Positions 63,795-64,000 of a DNA stretch of 64,000 bases are shown here, one piece after another. The notes beneath the pieces were generated by a model. That model ran no database searches. It saw nothing but the letters and a program-made list of their open reading frames with translations, and was not told the origin of the DNA. Within the stretch, counting starts at the first letter, position 1; each line of letters starts with the position of its first letter. The DNA lies in contig NC_068991.1 of NCBI RefSeq assembly GCF_001194135.2, forward strand, positions 54,102,140 to 54,166,139, written 5' to 3'. The position numbers and the translations under genes are program-made. The stretch comes from Octopus bimaculoides (lineage: Eukaryota).

Positions 63795-64000
63795 ATCATC
63801 ATCATCATCATCGTTTAACGTCCGCTTTCCATGCTAGCATGGGTTGGACGATTTGACTGAGGACTGGTGAAACCGGATGGCAACACCAGGCTCCAGTCTG
63901 ATTTGGCAGAGTTTCTACAGCTGGATGCCCTTCCTAACGCCAACCACTCAGAGAGTGTAGTGGGTGCTTTTACGTGTCACCCGCACGAAAACGGCCACGC
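63795..64000 (-). mobile_element. Young RTE 3'-UTR repeat running off the window edge
   Basis: (CAT)n-cgtttaacgtccgctttccatgctagcatgggttggacg; CpGs retained. Confidence 0.85.

Overview
AT-rich, microsatellite- and retroposon-dense animal genomic DNA with four assembly gaps. The repeat landscape looks octopod, most like Octopus; this is an inference from recognisable SINE/MITE families, not a database match. The whole window lies inside one + strand, intron-rich gene, a CCDC9/CCDC9B-family coiled-coil protein. I reconstructed 12 in-frame coding exons by hand from 1408 to 63317 (about 428 codons, plus one optional 54-nt exon). The gene has an upstream exon and its 3' end outside the window. The introns hold a defective DD34D mariner, a decayed DD37D (maT) element, RTE LINE fragments, several tRNA-derived SINE families, TTAA (piggyBac-type) and TA (pogo-like) MITEs, and DINE-1/HINE-like elements. 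The most interesting observation is at 58879-59337: a tRNA-Ser-headed SINE-like element whose body carries a minimal hammerhead ribozyme core (CUGAUGA / stem II / GAAAC-GUU with a palindromic stem III). It is duplicated as an inverted copy, giving a ~176-bp foldback with one hammerhead on each strand. Further hammerhead or Penelope-like remnants lie at ~13.9 kb and ~24.7 kb. No prokaryotic features, CRISPR arrays or true tRNA/rRNA genes are supported. Repeat boundaries are approximate unless a TSD or TIR is quoted.
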